Positions 37,597 through 50,869 of a stretch of DNA of 64,000 nucleotides are shown one piece after another. Every line of letters begins with the position of its first letter. Positions within the stretch are counted from its first letter, which is position 1. Below the pieces are notes generated by a model. The model was not told the DNA's origin, searched no databases, and worked only from the letters and a program-made list of their open reading frames with translations. The position numbers were made by a program, and so were the translations under genes. Source of the stretch: Podarcis erhardii (taxonomy: Eukaryota). The stretch lies in assembly GCA_964252035.1 (NCBI GenBank), contig OZ176201.1. The stretch is one strand, 5' to 3'.

Positions 37597-40026
37597 GTGG
37601 TGCAGCACAGGATGAGATCAAGGCCAAGTTTGCAGGAGATGGATGGACTGGGGTTTAGTCTCATTGTTCTACCCAGTGTACCACGCTGTAGCTTGGCACA
37701 CTCATAGACTATAAAGCCAGTTCAAGTGGCACATACTGGCAGTAAGTCAGCACGTACAAGACAACAGATTTCTCACTTGCGCCTGTTGCACAACAAAGAA
37801 AGCAGTTCAACCTGTGACAAACAGAAGGCACCTGGAACTCACACAGCACTTCCAAGGCTAATGTTTTATCATGTGGCTCTGTTCTCCCCTCGGTCCAGGT
37901 GAAAGGCACACCTCTTTAGCTGGTTCAGAAGGAATCTATAGACTACTACATCCTCTACTGTAAGAGATACTGTCACTGCCGGTATTTTGCATTTGTCCAT
38001 TTCTTGGTGCAAGATTTTGTTCTGTTTCTAGCCCTCTAGATAGGTTTTTATAAAGAATAAAACTGCAAATTTTGTTGGGAACACATGTGGCGCTTTAGAG
38101 TTACTTTGTAAAATCCTTGGTGTTGCCAAGATGGTAGCATCAACAGGTTTGCCTGCTTTCAGTTTTTAATATACTGAAAGAAGACAGAACCATGGGAGCT
38201 GGCATCAAAGGCAGAACCTAGAGTCTAGAAGCTTTTCAACCCCAAAATGATGTTCTAAATGACACAGGAGAGGTGCTCTTTACTAGCTGGACCAGTAAAT
38301 TACAATTAAATAACAGACCGGCCACCCTAAGTGGCATTGAGACTGATGTTGCCTTCTTTGGGATCAGTTTATTTGCGGTTCCTGAAAATGTATGAAATGC
38401 AAGACAGCTACGTATCTTTTTTGACAATACAAAAAAGTGCAATTTGCTAGCTCAGTGAGAATGCAGCCGAAACACCTCTGCCTTTGCCAGCCAACCATAT
38501 TTAGGAACGGTACCTTGAAGACCCGGCACTGAAGATTTCTTAAACAACAAAGCACTTTTGGGATTCCACTATGCGGTACACCAACCACAGTGAACAATAC
38601 TAAATAGATTTCACCTAAAAACACTGTTCAGAATTCTTTATTGACATCAGTGAGACTTCTCCCCAGGAACAAGCTTGAGGACAGTCTCCTAATCCCTATC
38701 ATTTCTCTTCAGCTGTAAATATCTTCCCATGGCCCCCAGATTACTCCTCTGTGTTTGGCAAAAAACTGAAATGTCCTTGGTAACTGCCTTAGGAGCGGGA
38801 TTGTGTGCATTTATCTGTATTGTAAAGCATCTGTCTCCCGCAGTAAACAAATTGCCACTAATATAATTATTACTATTATTGTTTCCTATAGCACTGAAAT
38901 ATAATTTTGGAACAATTCAGTCCCCCTCAGTGCACAATTACAATTAAGCAGAAGTCAGTGATTTTCCAAAGCTGTCATTTGACTCATTATTTCTTGGAAC
39001 TGGCCATAGTTAACATCACCATATTTAAAATGGGTTGAAATATACACTCTGCCTGAAATATACACTCTGCCAGTTATCACACCCATTAGCTAAAGGCCAA
39101 AGAATGCAAATTAAATGGAAACAACAACAACAGCCGCAGCCACAGTAACACAGCTTGGGAATATCGTGTTTTGGAATAATAGGGGGGTATTTGTTTTGTT
39201 TTTTTGCTCTATCTATTGTCAGCCAGTTTCCTGAAAGACCACTTATATGTTTTATATACATACCATCAGCCTGATATCTTCGACACTCTTTACATACACT
39301 TAAGGAGTCAGTGCTTCTTAGACATTGGAACTGGACATTTATTTCAAGCTAGCTCCGAAAACTATATCTGCATCTACCTATGTTTGAATGCAGACCATAT
39401 GTTGAACCAGGGAGCCATCTGGCAACCCCTCCCACTAGCATCTGCAAATGTGGATCTGTGCTTCACAGTGTGGGCTTTCAGGGCTGGGCTTTGATTTGTT
39501 GCCCTTTGTGCTCGGCACTGCATTATTAGCGTAAAAGTGAAAGTGAGGTGCTGCAAGAAAATAAAACTGAAAACCAGCCTTCATCCCAGAGAGTTAGCAG
39601 AGTGATTAACAGGCTGGATGTGAGAATGAGGCCCCGGGTGCAGTTGGAGGATAGATGTACATATGCCCTCTCTTGCTCCCATAGTGAGCCTTGCATAATT
39701 TTCATTCGTTTGTTTTGATTGGACCTGTCAGTGTAAGCACATCCTCCCAACTTACACATTCAACTACTTCTCCGTTAGGCTTTCTAGTACATCCAGACAT
39801 ACAACTCTGGACAAATGGTAATATCTGAATGGTGTCATTTCAAACGTTGAAAGAAAAAGAGCCCTGATCTATGCTATCTGCTCACAAAGTATAGTTTTTG
39901 GCAGAAGAGGGCAGATTTTTTTCAATATAAATTAATCCAATGGAGTACATCATCACACCAGACCCTGCATAAGTCACTTGGTCAGAGCAATTCTAACAGC
40001 TTCACAGTGGAGATCTAAACTCTCAC

Positions 40027-40076
<50 letters not shown>
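40027..40076. repeat. (TTA)n microsatellite
   Basis: Direct reading. Confidence 0.97.
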
Positions 40077-40077
<1 letters not shown>

Positions 40078-40196
40078 AAAATGTATACATATTAGAGGAT
40101 ATTGGAATCGTAAGACAGGCCGATCTACATTTGACCACACTGACAGGCCAGTTGTACTGATGGTATGAGCCTGTAGGTCTAAAGTGGTCGTAACAT

Positions 40197-40240
40197 AAGA
40201 AGAGTTATTCAAAAAAAAAAAAAAAGAAGAAGAGTTATTC
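40197..40240 (+). mobile_element. Solo poly(A) insertion (A15G) flanked by a 14-bp direct repeat
   Basis: AAGAAGAGTTATTC at 40197-40210 and 40227-40240. Confidence 0.65.
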
Positions 40241-40264
40241 TGGGTCAAAAGTACATCTCGTTCA

Positions 40265-40740
40265 GCATCCTGTTTTACTCCCAGTGGGCAACCTGATGCC
40301 TCTAGGAGGCCTACAAGAAGGATATGGCTGCAATAGGACTTTATCACTTCTGTTCCTCAACAACTGGTATCCCAAGGCATGTTGTAATATATCATCATGA
40401 CTGGTGCCCATTGACACCCGTATCCTCCATTAATTTGTATAATCTCATTTTAAAGCCACCCAAGTTGGAAGCCATCTAGACATCTTCTGGCAGAAAATTC
40501 CATAGTTTTAACCTGTGTGAAGTATTTATTTCCTCTTCTCTGTCTTGAATCACCCATGATTCAATTTCAGTGGATGACCATGAATTCTAGTATTATGAGA
40601 GAGGGAGAAAATGTCTATCCGCTTTATCTACACTGTGCACAATTTATGTACCTTTATCCTGCTCAAGCTCCACCCTGAATTACTATAAGCAAAAAAGCTC
40701 CAAACTTTGCAACCTCACAGAGGAGTTGCTCCAGTCTCTT
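40265..40740 (-). mobile_element. CR1 LINE 3' relic
   Basis: CCTCCATTAATTTG..TAATCTCATTTTAAAGCCACCCAAGTTGG, AATTCCATAGTTT and TTCTAGTATTATGAGAGAGGGAG motifs of squamate CR1 in antisense. Confidence 0.8.
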
Positions 40741-41406
40741 GTTTATTAATACTTGGGGGCAATAATAAGGTACTGGTTTTTGTGGCCATGTCTTTTGTGA
40801 TAGCAATCGGTGTCCATCCTGTGGTTTTGAGGGGATACAGCAATGTTTATATGGAAGGTGCTAAATAGCACTCCCACAGGAACATGTCACCTACAAAACA
40901 GGCTTTTCTCACAGAACAAGCACAAACTCTTGTCTATTGAGGGGATACCACATTTCAGAGTTCTTACATAACAGCCCTTCTTCTTCTGGCATAATTCAGC
41001 TGATTGCAGTCAGAAACCTGAATCCCTGTATTGGCCCAATCGCTCAATAACCAAGGAAATAAGCTCCGCCTCTTGTGTAAAGTGAAGATTTACAAAGTTC
41101 CCTGGGAAGCGGGATTGGTTGTTAAACCACTCTGGAAACTGCAGCTTTGTGCAGCTTTGTGAGAGCTTTCCTAGTTAACACTCAGCACTTTTAACAATCT
41201 GTGGTTTCCAGGATCCTTGTGAGAGAAAGCCATACATGTTTCCCTCATGGGAAGTGGTGTGATTCTGTTTTAAATGTCTAGTGCACATGCGGCCTGCGTC
41301 TAACTGAGATGAACCTTGCTTGGATCAAGTTCAGCAGGGTGCTCAGATATAGGCATCTGAAAACATCCTCTGACCGACAAGCAATTTGTGTGATTACATT
41401 TCTAGC

Positions 41407-41554
41407 CATGGGCATAGCTAGGGGGGACAGCCCCCCAATCAATAAAATTCGATTAAAATACATAGCAAACTGAGGTTCTGCCCCCCTAACAAAAGGCCTG
41501 CCCCCCTAACAAAAGGTCTGCCCCCCCAAAAAAATCCATGTTTCTAGCGCCCTC
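41407..41554. mobile_element. Degenerate MITE (GGCxTAGCTAGGGGGG start) with internal 20-bp tandem repeat
   Basis: CTGCCCCCCTAACAAAAGG(C/T) repeated 2.5 times at 41478-41527; termini degenerate. Confidence 0.5.
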
Positions 41555-43964
41555 TTAGCCTATGCAATTACTTTATCCTAGTCCTGTAGCTGTTTGGTAT
41601 GACTGCTGCTGTACTGTAACCTCCTCTGTCTACCCTAGCCAAAGAGAACCAGCGGCTCTAAAAATTAACTACAGGAGAAAGCTGTCGTTCAAGGCTCGGT
41701 TATTTACAAAGTCCGAGATATCTGATTCTGCCATTTCCTCCACGTATCCCATGCCACTGTAACCCTTGGGATATTAGTTCTCCCCTTTGTCCAAATGCCT
41801 GATTATCTGAATATTTTGGATGTCTCCCAAGCCATTTGGCCCAAAGAAAGTGGACTGTAGTGTATCATATAACTCCGTCCTTGGTAAAAACTCAAAAACA
41901 AAAGCATTTACTAATGAGTTCTCTCAAAGCAGAACAATCCCTAATCCAGATCTAAGAAGAGCCAGCTATTTCCAAAGTCAAATGCCCAAACACAAGGGAC
42001 AGGCAGAAATTTGTGACCAACGCAGTAGAAAGGGCCGGGCAGTCTACCATTAAAGGCTGCAGACTTCCCAGTTCTAATTGATTTGAAAGGGTGTTGCTAG
42101 CGTGCAGGCTTGGCTTTTATCAGCTGGGAGGAGGGAATCAATCTGCTGCACTGTTTAGAAGCGTATGAGATCTTCATCCTCAAAGTCCAGGGTGGCTTTG
42201 GCATAATAAAGAGCCTATCTCTTCATCATGGTAATGCTCGCAACCCAGCAATATGAGCTCATAGCAGCAGGCCTCGGCACTCAGAATTCCTCCGTTTAAA
42301 AGGTGTCACCGATTAAACTATCGCATTTCAAAGGGCTCCCATACAGTAAATAGGAAAGAAAAGGAAGAAAGGGAGCTGTGGCCTTTTGTTAGTCAAAAAG
42401 CTATGGAAAGTGATAATTAACCCTTTTTTTTTTTTTTTTTTGTATTGAGAAATCATTTGGACAAAAGTCAAGGCATTGCCACCCTGTCAATTGTGAAGTC
42501 TAGATAAGGACATTATATCCTGCGGAACAAAGAGTGACTGAAGAGGCTGAATGGAAACTAGGCCACTCTACTACTACTACTTTTCCTAACCCCTCTGAAA
42601 AGAGACTTTTTTTCCTCCCTCCCCCACCCCCCCCAAAAACCCCGGCGGTGGCAGAGGATGGAATGCTCCCTCCTTCCATATATATAGATAGATAGATATA
42701 GATATAAAAAACATTGACTGTGGTGCATGTTTTTGCATTCTGTTAAATATTCAGAGATACCGTGCAATTAGCATGTCATTAATGAATAATTAATTGCAGC
42801 TAAAGCAGCCTTCAGATTTTTGCAGCTAAATTATTTAAACAGCAAATATAACAATAGAAAGCATATCCCCACCCCCTCCTGCATATTCCCACCCACCCCC
42901 TTTTAGCAATGTGCAAGTCAAAAGCATATGTTGTGTGTGTGTGTGTGTGTGTAGGTATATACCTAAGGGTGTGTTCACAATTTTCCCCCTTGATCCAAGT
43001 TGTCTCAGCCTTCAATGCACTTCCCACCCTCGCCAACTTTCACTGAAGAAAAAGAATGCATTATTTTTAGAATGAATGAGTTCTTTTTGTTTATATAAGC
43101 ATCCAGAAAAACTAAAAGGCAGTTTGAGCAGCACGGATTCCAGCAAAAAAACTTTTAAAAGATAAACATATTTATTGCTCTGTGGGACAATGTTAAAATC
43201 TAATAATTCTTATTATTCTTCCTTTGATACAGTTTGACTGTTAAAATGTTCACTGGGTCTATTGACAGCTATTTGGCCATTACAAACTACCACCGTTAAA
43301 TAGGAAGTAATTTCTTGCCACTTGCTGATATACATCACCAGTAAGACGTTGGTTTATATTTATAAGCTGCACATCTGTGGATCAGTTGGCTTATCCATCT
43401 GTTAACTGCACCAGTAAACAGTAAGTCAATGTGCAGCTCCCTCATCCACCCCATCTATCATGAATGCTTCCTTGAACTGTATATTTATGTGTAACAAAGC
43501 TCTACTTAAGCAAGTAAGTACATCTTGAGAATGGGCACAATGCAACCCTGACTTTTATGCTGTGGCTCAGTGCTCAAACATTATTTTGCCTTCTTTGATT
43601 CTGGCTTACAGGCCAGCTGGATCATCTCCTGGGGCAAAGCCTATTGACATGAATAGGACCTGTACAAAAAAAAACCTTCATGGGTATCTCTTGAAAGAGC
43701 TGCTGTTTTTTCAGTGGAACTTTTACAGAAGTTCCCAGTGGCTCAGATATTTTAAAGAGAGAAAATACCCCTCCCTGGGGACTTACAAGTAATTGCTGTG
43801 CATTGCTATCCACTTATTTTAATCAGTACTGGCAATGAGATATTGTTCACCTGAATCATTTATTTATTTTATGTATTAAATCTGTATACTGCCCTTCATC
43901 CGCAGATCTCAAGGCATAATGTTGGACAAATGTTGTGAGGATGCAGGACACACTACATAACACC

Positions 43965-44035
43965 CCCACCCCACCCCGAAGCACCTGTTAGCTGAGGCGG
44001 TCATCTCATTCATCTCAATGATAGGGCCGGCCCTG
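43965..44035. mobile_element. Fragment of the CAGGGCCGGCCC-terminal MITE family (inverted relative to 9607)
   Basis: GGGCCGGCCCTG end at 44024-44035; TGAGGCGGTC..CTCA subterminal motif. Confidence 0.5.
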
Positions 44036-44643
44036 CATGGCAAGACTTTTCAAGTCTGAGCAGCCAAAATTGGAATTGCAGCTCAAATCCCAACAGCTCT
44101 TTGCTGGGTTGGTTTTCCGAAGAGCTTAGCATGCTGGTGAAATGGAAGATGAGAAGTTTGGGAAATTCGACCCACAGCCTATAGTGCAAAGTCTTGAGCC
44201 TTCACCAGAACTGCCAACGAACACCACCAAAGAAAATGTGAAAGCCCTCCTGAAATTAATAGGAGCTATGTAAGAGCGTAGTACTGCTCTCACGAAACTG
44301 CCATTTGTTTCAATGGGGCTTGTATATGAGGGGGTTTTCCAGTGTAAACGGTGCTACAAATATAAATAGTCCAGGAAGCAGGCCAATTATGCTGCAAATC
44401 AAATTCAGTCTCCCAGTGGGTGCAGAAGACTACATTGGCCCAGTTCAGATTATCATCTTAACTGTGGTTCAGGGTTTTTGGGTGTTTGTTTTGTTTTGTT
44501 TTTTTAAAGAATGAGCTATTGCAAACCTTTGGGCTATATGCTCCATTTCCTTTCATGCAAAAGAGTAAGAGAGTGGCATCTTCTATTTTCACCTTAGAAC
44601 AAACCACAGTTGTGTGTGACAATAGTGTCATTATATAGTTGAG

Positions 44644-44657
44644 TCACTAGGTGGCAT
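44644..44657 (+). promoter_or_regulatory. Candidate CTCF site
   Basis: TCACTAGGTGGCAT differs at one position from the CCACTAGGTGGCA core. Confidence 0.3.
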
Positions 44658-46395
44658 TGCACTTGGTTATATCTGCATGGATCAGAAGTTTCCTATATCT
44701 GCTTTGGTTAGTACATACTACTGTTCCTCAAGTTGATATGTAACATGGAACTGTGGTTTGTTTTACAGTAAAACAAGAAGCCTTTACTTCTCTCACATGC
44801 AAACCAGCAGAGGAAAAAGAGTGTGAACTTCCAAGGCTCACTACAGCTCATTCACTATAATATTGTAAACCATCCCTTGCCAATGTTGCCCTCCAGGTGG
44901 TTTGGACTACAAATCCCATAAGCCATGCTAGCAGCAGCTATGCTGATCTGAACAATGATTTATGTTATGTGTTCATTTGAACCAACCCAGTATTCAGAAT
45001 CATATATTGGACAGGCCCCAAACACTTGGTTCTCAAAAGTCAACAGTTGTCAAAAGCTTTTAACAAAATGTGGTCTATTTTAATAAATATGTTAAAGTTT
45101 TCTACAGTTTTCTTTACTGCCATCTTGTATGAATTTGATCTATCACATATGCTATTACGGGATATGATCAACAGTGAATGGAGTCTATAAATATTTTAAT
45201 TAATAAATGAAATGAAATAAGAAGGCACTTTCTTTCTCTCTCTCTATTTTGGTGTCCAGAATGCTAACAGAGTTTCAATGAGTCATAAAAGTACCCCTCT
45301 TGCTTACAGTATCACCCTTTATTCAGGAAACATTACACCTTTTTTGCATAATAGGGGATTTTGAACCATTTTTTCACGTTGTTAATGTACTCTTGTGTAC
45401 AATGTGATGCTCAACTTCATAATGCATTTTGTTATGCCATTTATGTTCTCTGAGGAACTGAAAGTAGAACTTCTCTCTCTGTTTATTGTGCTGAGGCAAA
45501 TGGTAACATTTTCCACTTGATTAAGCATCATTTTCTCCATTTCTCCAGGCATTTTAAGCCCTGCTTACTGCCTGACATTCGGTAAATGTTTCTATCAATG
45601 CATTCTTGATCCGTATCTAAAACAAAATCAAGTTGTGTTTTAAGTAAAAGGATGAATCTCAAGAAACATAAATTTGGTCACTTTGGAAAAGAGTTTGTGG
45701 CAAAGATGTTCATGTGTCTTAGGGTCATATTCAGAACAGGACAGTATATTTCTAGAATCTCAAATAGAGGGCCCCAATACACAACCCAATGTTAGCTTCT
45801 ATTCAGTAACTCTATTGGCCATTCCTAGCAACTAGTTATAGCCACACCTATTCGCACAAACTGTTCCAAATAGTTGCCAGGAATTTTCAGAACATCATAT
45901 CTTGCAAACTAGCTGCTTCCAAGTTCAGCATCTGTTATTTTTCTAAAATATAGTCTGGCAATTCTTCCACTTTCTGAAGTATTTCTAAAGAAAATTCCAG
46001 CATGGCGCACCATTTTTTCCTCAGAAAAGGAGATCCCACTAGGATAGCCATTTCCCCAAGCCTCTATGAAGTCATTAACCTATTTTACTAATGGAAAATC
46101 AAAGCCAAAAGAACATGACAGTTCATGGCTGAGCAGCACCTCAAACAAGTCCCAGTCCAACAGTCCATTCATTATAAACCATTCTCAACACAATGGCCAA
46201 TTACCCAAGATTATCCAGAGACACAACTTTGGCGGACCCTTCTAATGACTTTCTGACCTTCTCTGGCAATTTTGCTACATATGCTTTTATCGCACTGCTT
46301 GGATGTTTGATCTTTTGCAACTAAATTCCGACTGACATGACCATGGTGGGTTTTTACACAGATGTAATGAGGTGGTTAGAGAAGTTAGAATAATA

Positions 46396-46468
46396 TAGAA
46401 TCATAGAATTGTAGAGTTGGAAAGGACTCCAAGGGTCAACTAGTCCAGCCTCCTGAAATGCAGGAATC
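46396..46468 (-). mobile_element. CR1-type 3' tail (LINE or SINE)
   Basis: TAGAATCATAGAATTGTAGAGTTGGAAAGGAC..CAAGGGTCA.CTAGTCCA...TGCAGGAATC. Confidence 0.8.
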
Positions 46469-46760
46469 ACAGTGATCTCTCCACGGTCTTCTTTAGAATA
46501 AACTGAATGTTGCAAATGTTAAATAGTGGTTTAATTACTACTGTGGCGACCCTGAAAGCTCTCATTTTCTCCTCCTCAGATGTACCACAGGTTAAGACAG
46601 TGCAAATTCCCCACTCTAACTCTAGACCTGACAGCTGATATCTAAAGTGAGGCTCATATCAACAACAGTGTAGAGTTCATTCTGACGGCTACTGCAAGTT
46701 TCCTATCTAGGAGTTCATTTTTGTGATGGCAGAGCCCAATTCTAGAATTGACATCATACA

Positions 46761-46873
46761 TAGGCTTGCCATAAAACAGGAAAATTTCTGACACGTCCTG
46801 GTTTTGGGGTGTAAAAATAGCGCCGGGGGAATTGGCAAAATGTCAGGGGAAATCCGGGTGTATGGCAACGTGA
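46761..46873. mobile_element. Short degenerate MITE (GGxTTGCCATA / TATGGCAAC termini)
   Basis: Inverted TTGCCATA/TATGGCAA ends; CpG-containing interior. Confidence 0.5.
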
Positions 46874-47017
46874 TGGAAAAAGCAGCGGAAACACCTGAAA
46901 AAGCTTAAAATCACTATTTTGGGGGGTAGATTTCCCCAGAAAGGCTCAACAATATTGGTGGAAATTTTACTTTTTGAAATATGTCAACCCTAAACATATA
47001 GAACACTGTTCAGAACT

Positions 47018-47078
<61 letters not shown>
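47018..47078. repeat. (GA)n microsatellite
   Basis: Direct reading. Confidence 0.97.
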
Positions 47079-47080
<2 letters not shown>

Positions 47081-49053
47081 TAGCCAATGCCTAACTCTGA
47101 GCAGCTTAAATATAGAAAAACAAACTATATTGGGGAAGGAAAAGACAACCCCTGTCAAGGGGAGACAAACAAGCTCCTCGCAGATCTCTACTAAATTCAC
47201 TAGATTTTAAGAAAGAATGTACAGTATCTCTTTCCCATTGCTCTCATAGGAACAACAATGCCCTTTTTCAATCTAGAAGGTATTTTTGAGAAGTAGCTAC
47301 AAGAACTGGAATCAGAGGATCATATGAACAGGATTGTGCAGGATTTCATGTGGTGTGTGTGTGTGTGACACACACACATGCACACAAGGCTTTATTCCAC
47401 CACACTGTATTGCAGAGAAAGGAAGACAGGCATCTGTCAGAAAACATCTCCCCACTGTATTGTGATTGATATCTGACAGAGCTCAGTGGGGTCCTAACTT
47501 AGATGAATTTAAATGACAAGACTTCCTTTATCAGCAATGGTGCTCCTCTTACAATAGAACAGCATGATTACTTCATAGAAAGAAGTAAAGGGAGAAAGAA
47601 ATGAAGAAGAATCAAAGTTTGCCTCCTGAGCCCTGGTGGTATCACTGACCTGTCACTAGGTTGTGACCTCCCCTTGTTAATCCATGCAAATCAAATGGCT
47701 CCAATTTGTGCGGCTGATTGGCTCGCCTACGTCTTTTACCACAAGCATCACAGGCCTCTGAAACTTACTCTGCATTGCAATAATTGCATTTGAAAAAAAT
47801 GACATGCATTCTGCCTTCCGCCATGCTATGTTACGGGCGCTATATTCCCTCACATCAGTTCATGATTAGTGTCAGAGATGGTTTCTGCATACACTACAAT
47901 TACCACAACATCTTTCATTCTCCTCATCCTTCTTTCTGCTTCCAAAAGCACCCCTGATCCTATGTCAAAATCTGGGCTTGACTGCCATCACAGCTTCACT
48001 AATAGTGGCCCAACTGCTTTTATGGTACGAAAAGTCCTTGTTATTCACAGTAACAAGCACCGACTCCAACTGAGAGATATTATGTCAAACTCCAAGGCCA
48101 GTTACAAAACTTTCCCCATTCACAAAACTTGACAGACTCTGTACGCCAAAGGAGGGCATTTTCACACAAGATGTTTTTTCTTTTCCTCTCTCTCTCCCTC
48201 TTTTTAAAAACTTGCCTTCCACATCCCACAAAGGGCCATAGAAGCTATTTTGTCGAGGTTTGCTTAAAAAAAAGATGCTTTGAATTGTGTCCCAATCAAG
48301 GATTCGTCTGCCTTTCTTTAACTCTCGAGCAAGTAAAACATCATTCAGTCTGTGCCTTTTTACTATTGCTCTGACTTTTCACACAGCAGCTTTAAAAAAA
48401 AGGATAAGGTAGGGAACAAAATTAATGCATGCATGTTCAAAATAGTTAAAGAAGGAACCTCTTACAATACAAACCAATGCAATACAAACCTGTGAGTAAG
48501 CCCCATTGAGTTCAATGGCCTTTACTCCTAGCTATTGTTCAATGGCATTTATCTCCAGGTAAGCATTCAACAAGATTACATCCTCTGTTTCATATTATTT
48601 TACAGCATGCCTACAGCTGTGGTTTGCAACAAATCGATGTGTGCCTTGCAACTTTGCTGCTTTTGCAGTGGGCTTAGCCAGCTTTTCAAGCAAATGCTGA
48701 AGGTTGCCAGTAGTGACAGATTTGAACCAATGTTGATGGTAGTAGAGGAGCTAGTGGAAGTGATTTGATAAGCCTGAAACAGATTGAGGGGCGGTGTCGT
48801 TCAAAAACATGTAAACAACAGTGTCAACAATGCAGCCTATCAGTAAATGCAGCCTGCTTCTCAACCATCCATCTAATACACACTCTTTGCAGAAACAAAT
48901 CAACAGCAAAAATCCTCACCATAATATTGACAAAGGGAAATGTGGGTTGCTGGTAGTGTGGTTGTTGTTTTTTTAAAACTTCTACAAATAAAAAACCTGC
49001 TGTGAAGTAGTGATTTGCTGAAGGGAATTCAAGGCCAAATGGGGCCAGACCTG

Positions 49054-49055
<2 letters not shown>

Positions 49056-49094
<39 letters not shown>
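49056..49094. repeat. (CA)n microsatellite
   Basis: Direct reading. Confidence 0.97.
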
Positions 49095-49099
<5 letters not shown>

Positions 49100-49960
49100 T
49101 GCCCAATTATTTTTTAAAAAACAAAATGCAAACCCCCAAACCAGGAAAACCTTTTTAATCTGTCCGACAGGAAATGCAGATACAGTGGTGAATCCATCGT
49201 TGTGTTTGCCCAGTCCCTTGTTAGGATTACTTTGCTGAACTGCAATCAGATATGCATAAGCACTGCACTTGTGAGTATAGCAAAAGGAAGAGCAAAGAAA
49301 AAAGCTATATAAATTGTAAGTCTTTATAAACTATAATAAGACAAATACAAACAATTGCGTGTGCGCACATACACAAACCAGAGACCCAACTCCAAACCTG
49401 GATAGTTTAAACATGAAATCTAAAAGGTGTTAGAGACAAGCAATAAATCACATTGGACAAAAGGGAAAAAAAGTAAAACAAAACCAGGGTCTCTAAGTCA
49501 GGCACAGCACAGAAGCATGTTGTGGTTTGACCTGTGAAGTCCACACTCAAAATCCAGATCTCATGGGTACATTTGGCCATGGAACTCACTTGGGCAAAAT
49601 GGCCAACTCACAGCACCTCTGAAATGAGAATATTAAATGATCCACTACCACTGTTACTAGTGAGGAAAACCTCTGTGCACATATGCAGTCTGATCCTCTC
49701 ACCTGCTGCCTTTAGCAGTTACAGAACAAGCAAAGATATGCCCCACAGCAGCTAAAACAGCATCTTCCTTCTAAAAACTGACCCATCTCCCTCTTCAGTG
49801 CAATACCTCAGCACGGGAACAGTGCTTCCATGAAGAACCTCTGGAAGTGGCAGGAAACATCACTATTTCTCTATCTCCAGAAAGAGCTTCCCACTTTGAG
49901 AAAGACCACAGCAGGGAGATGAGACAATGGATACCTTTGGGGTGTGAGTCTGTCATGCTG

Positions 49961-50094
49961 CAGGGTGGGGAACCTGTGGCTTTTTAAATGTTATTGGACT
50001 TTTTCTGATGTTATTCATCATTGACCATACAAACGGGGGCTGATGACAATTGGAGTCCAACAATGTCTGGAGGGCCAAAGTTTCTCTATCTGTG
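49961..50094. mobile_element. Old hAT-type MITE
   Basis: CAGGGTGGGGAACCTGTGGC start; GAGTCCAACAATGTCTGGAGGGCCAAAGTT end; related fragments near 13590-13640 and 44870-44930. Confidence 0.65.
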
Positions 50095-50793
50095 TTCTAG
50101 ACCATTGGTGGAAAATCTGCTTGAGTTCTTTATCATTTTGAAATGATAAACAAAATTATTATATGCAGTAGCAGCAAGGACATCTATATCATCAGAACAA
50201 ATTGAAAATGGCCAATCCTGGTTGTGAAAATTCCACTTTTAGTCTGACACCAACTTCAAGCCTTTCCTCCTGCCATCACACAAATCCTTGCCCCCACCCT
50301 TTTTTTAAATGCAAGCACCGTCCACCTCCATCCCACTTTTATTTTCTACAGGATAACAGGACAAATTCTGCTCACTTTAGATCGGGTTTAGGAAGGCTAC
50401 TGTTGGATAAAAGTCAAGGGCAAATGTGTCAGAGAATTTTTTTGCACCCATATCTCGTAAGAGGATGTCTCACCTATATCTCTAACCCCTTCATTACGCA
50501 TTGGACTAAATGCAAAAATACTGCCATCGGGTTATCTGTGTTTCTGACTTACTGGAAAGCTGTGTCATCTAGATTTCCCATCTGGACCCAAATGATCTCA
50601 TCGTTTAGTGACAAATGCTAGGCTGCGATGATCATTTTACCAACATACACATGATATCCCACAGCAGGCTCTGAAGTTAAAAGTGACTAGACAGCGGTTT
50701 TAAAGGGATTCTAAAAAGTCTTCTGCAGCCCCATCTGCCCTGCTGGAGGGCTACCTGTCTATCTAGCGAGACCCAAGCAGGATGCTTGAAGCT

Positions 50794-50869
50794 GAGATCC
50801 CTGCATAGCAAGGGATTGAGCTAGATGACTCGGGGGTCCCTTCCACCTCTACAGTTCCATGACTCTATG
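50794..50869 (+). mobile_element. CR1-type 3' tail
   Basis: GATCCCTGCAT.GCAAGGG.TTG..CTAGATGAC...GGTCCCTTCCA.CTCTAC..TTC.ATGA.TCTATG. Confidence 0.75.

Noticed and set aside
26105-49094. Tandem arrays as CRISPR-like repeats; poly-L/I/ER/CV ORFs
   Set aside because: Simple microsatellites in a vertebrate genome, with no repeat-spacer architecture; the homopolymeric ORFs are translation artefacts
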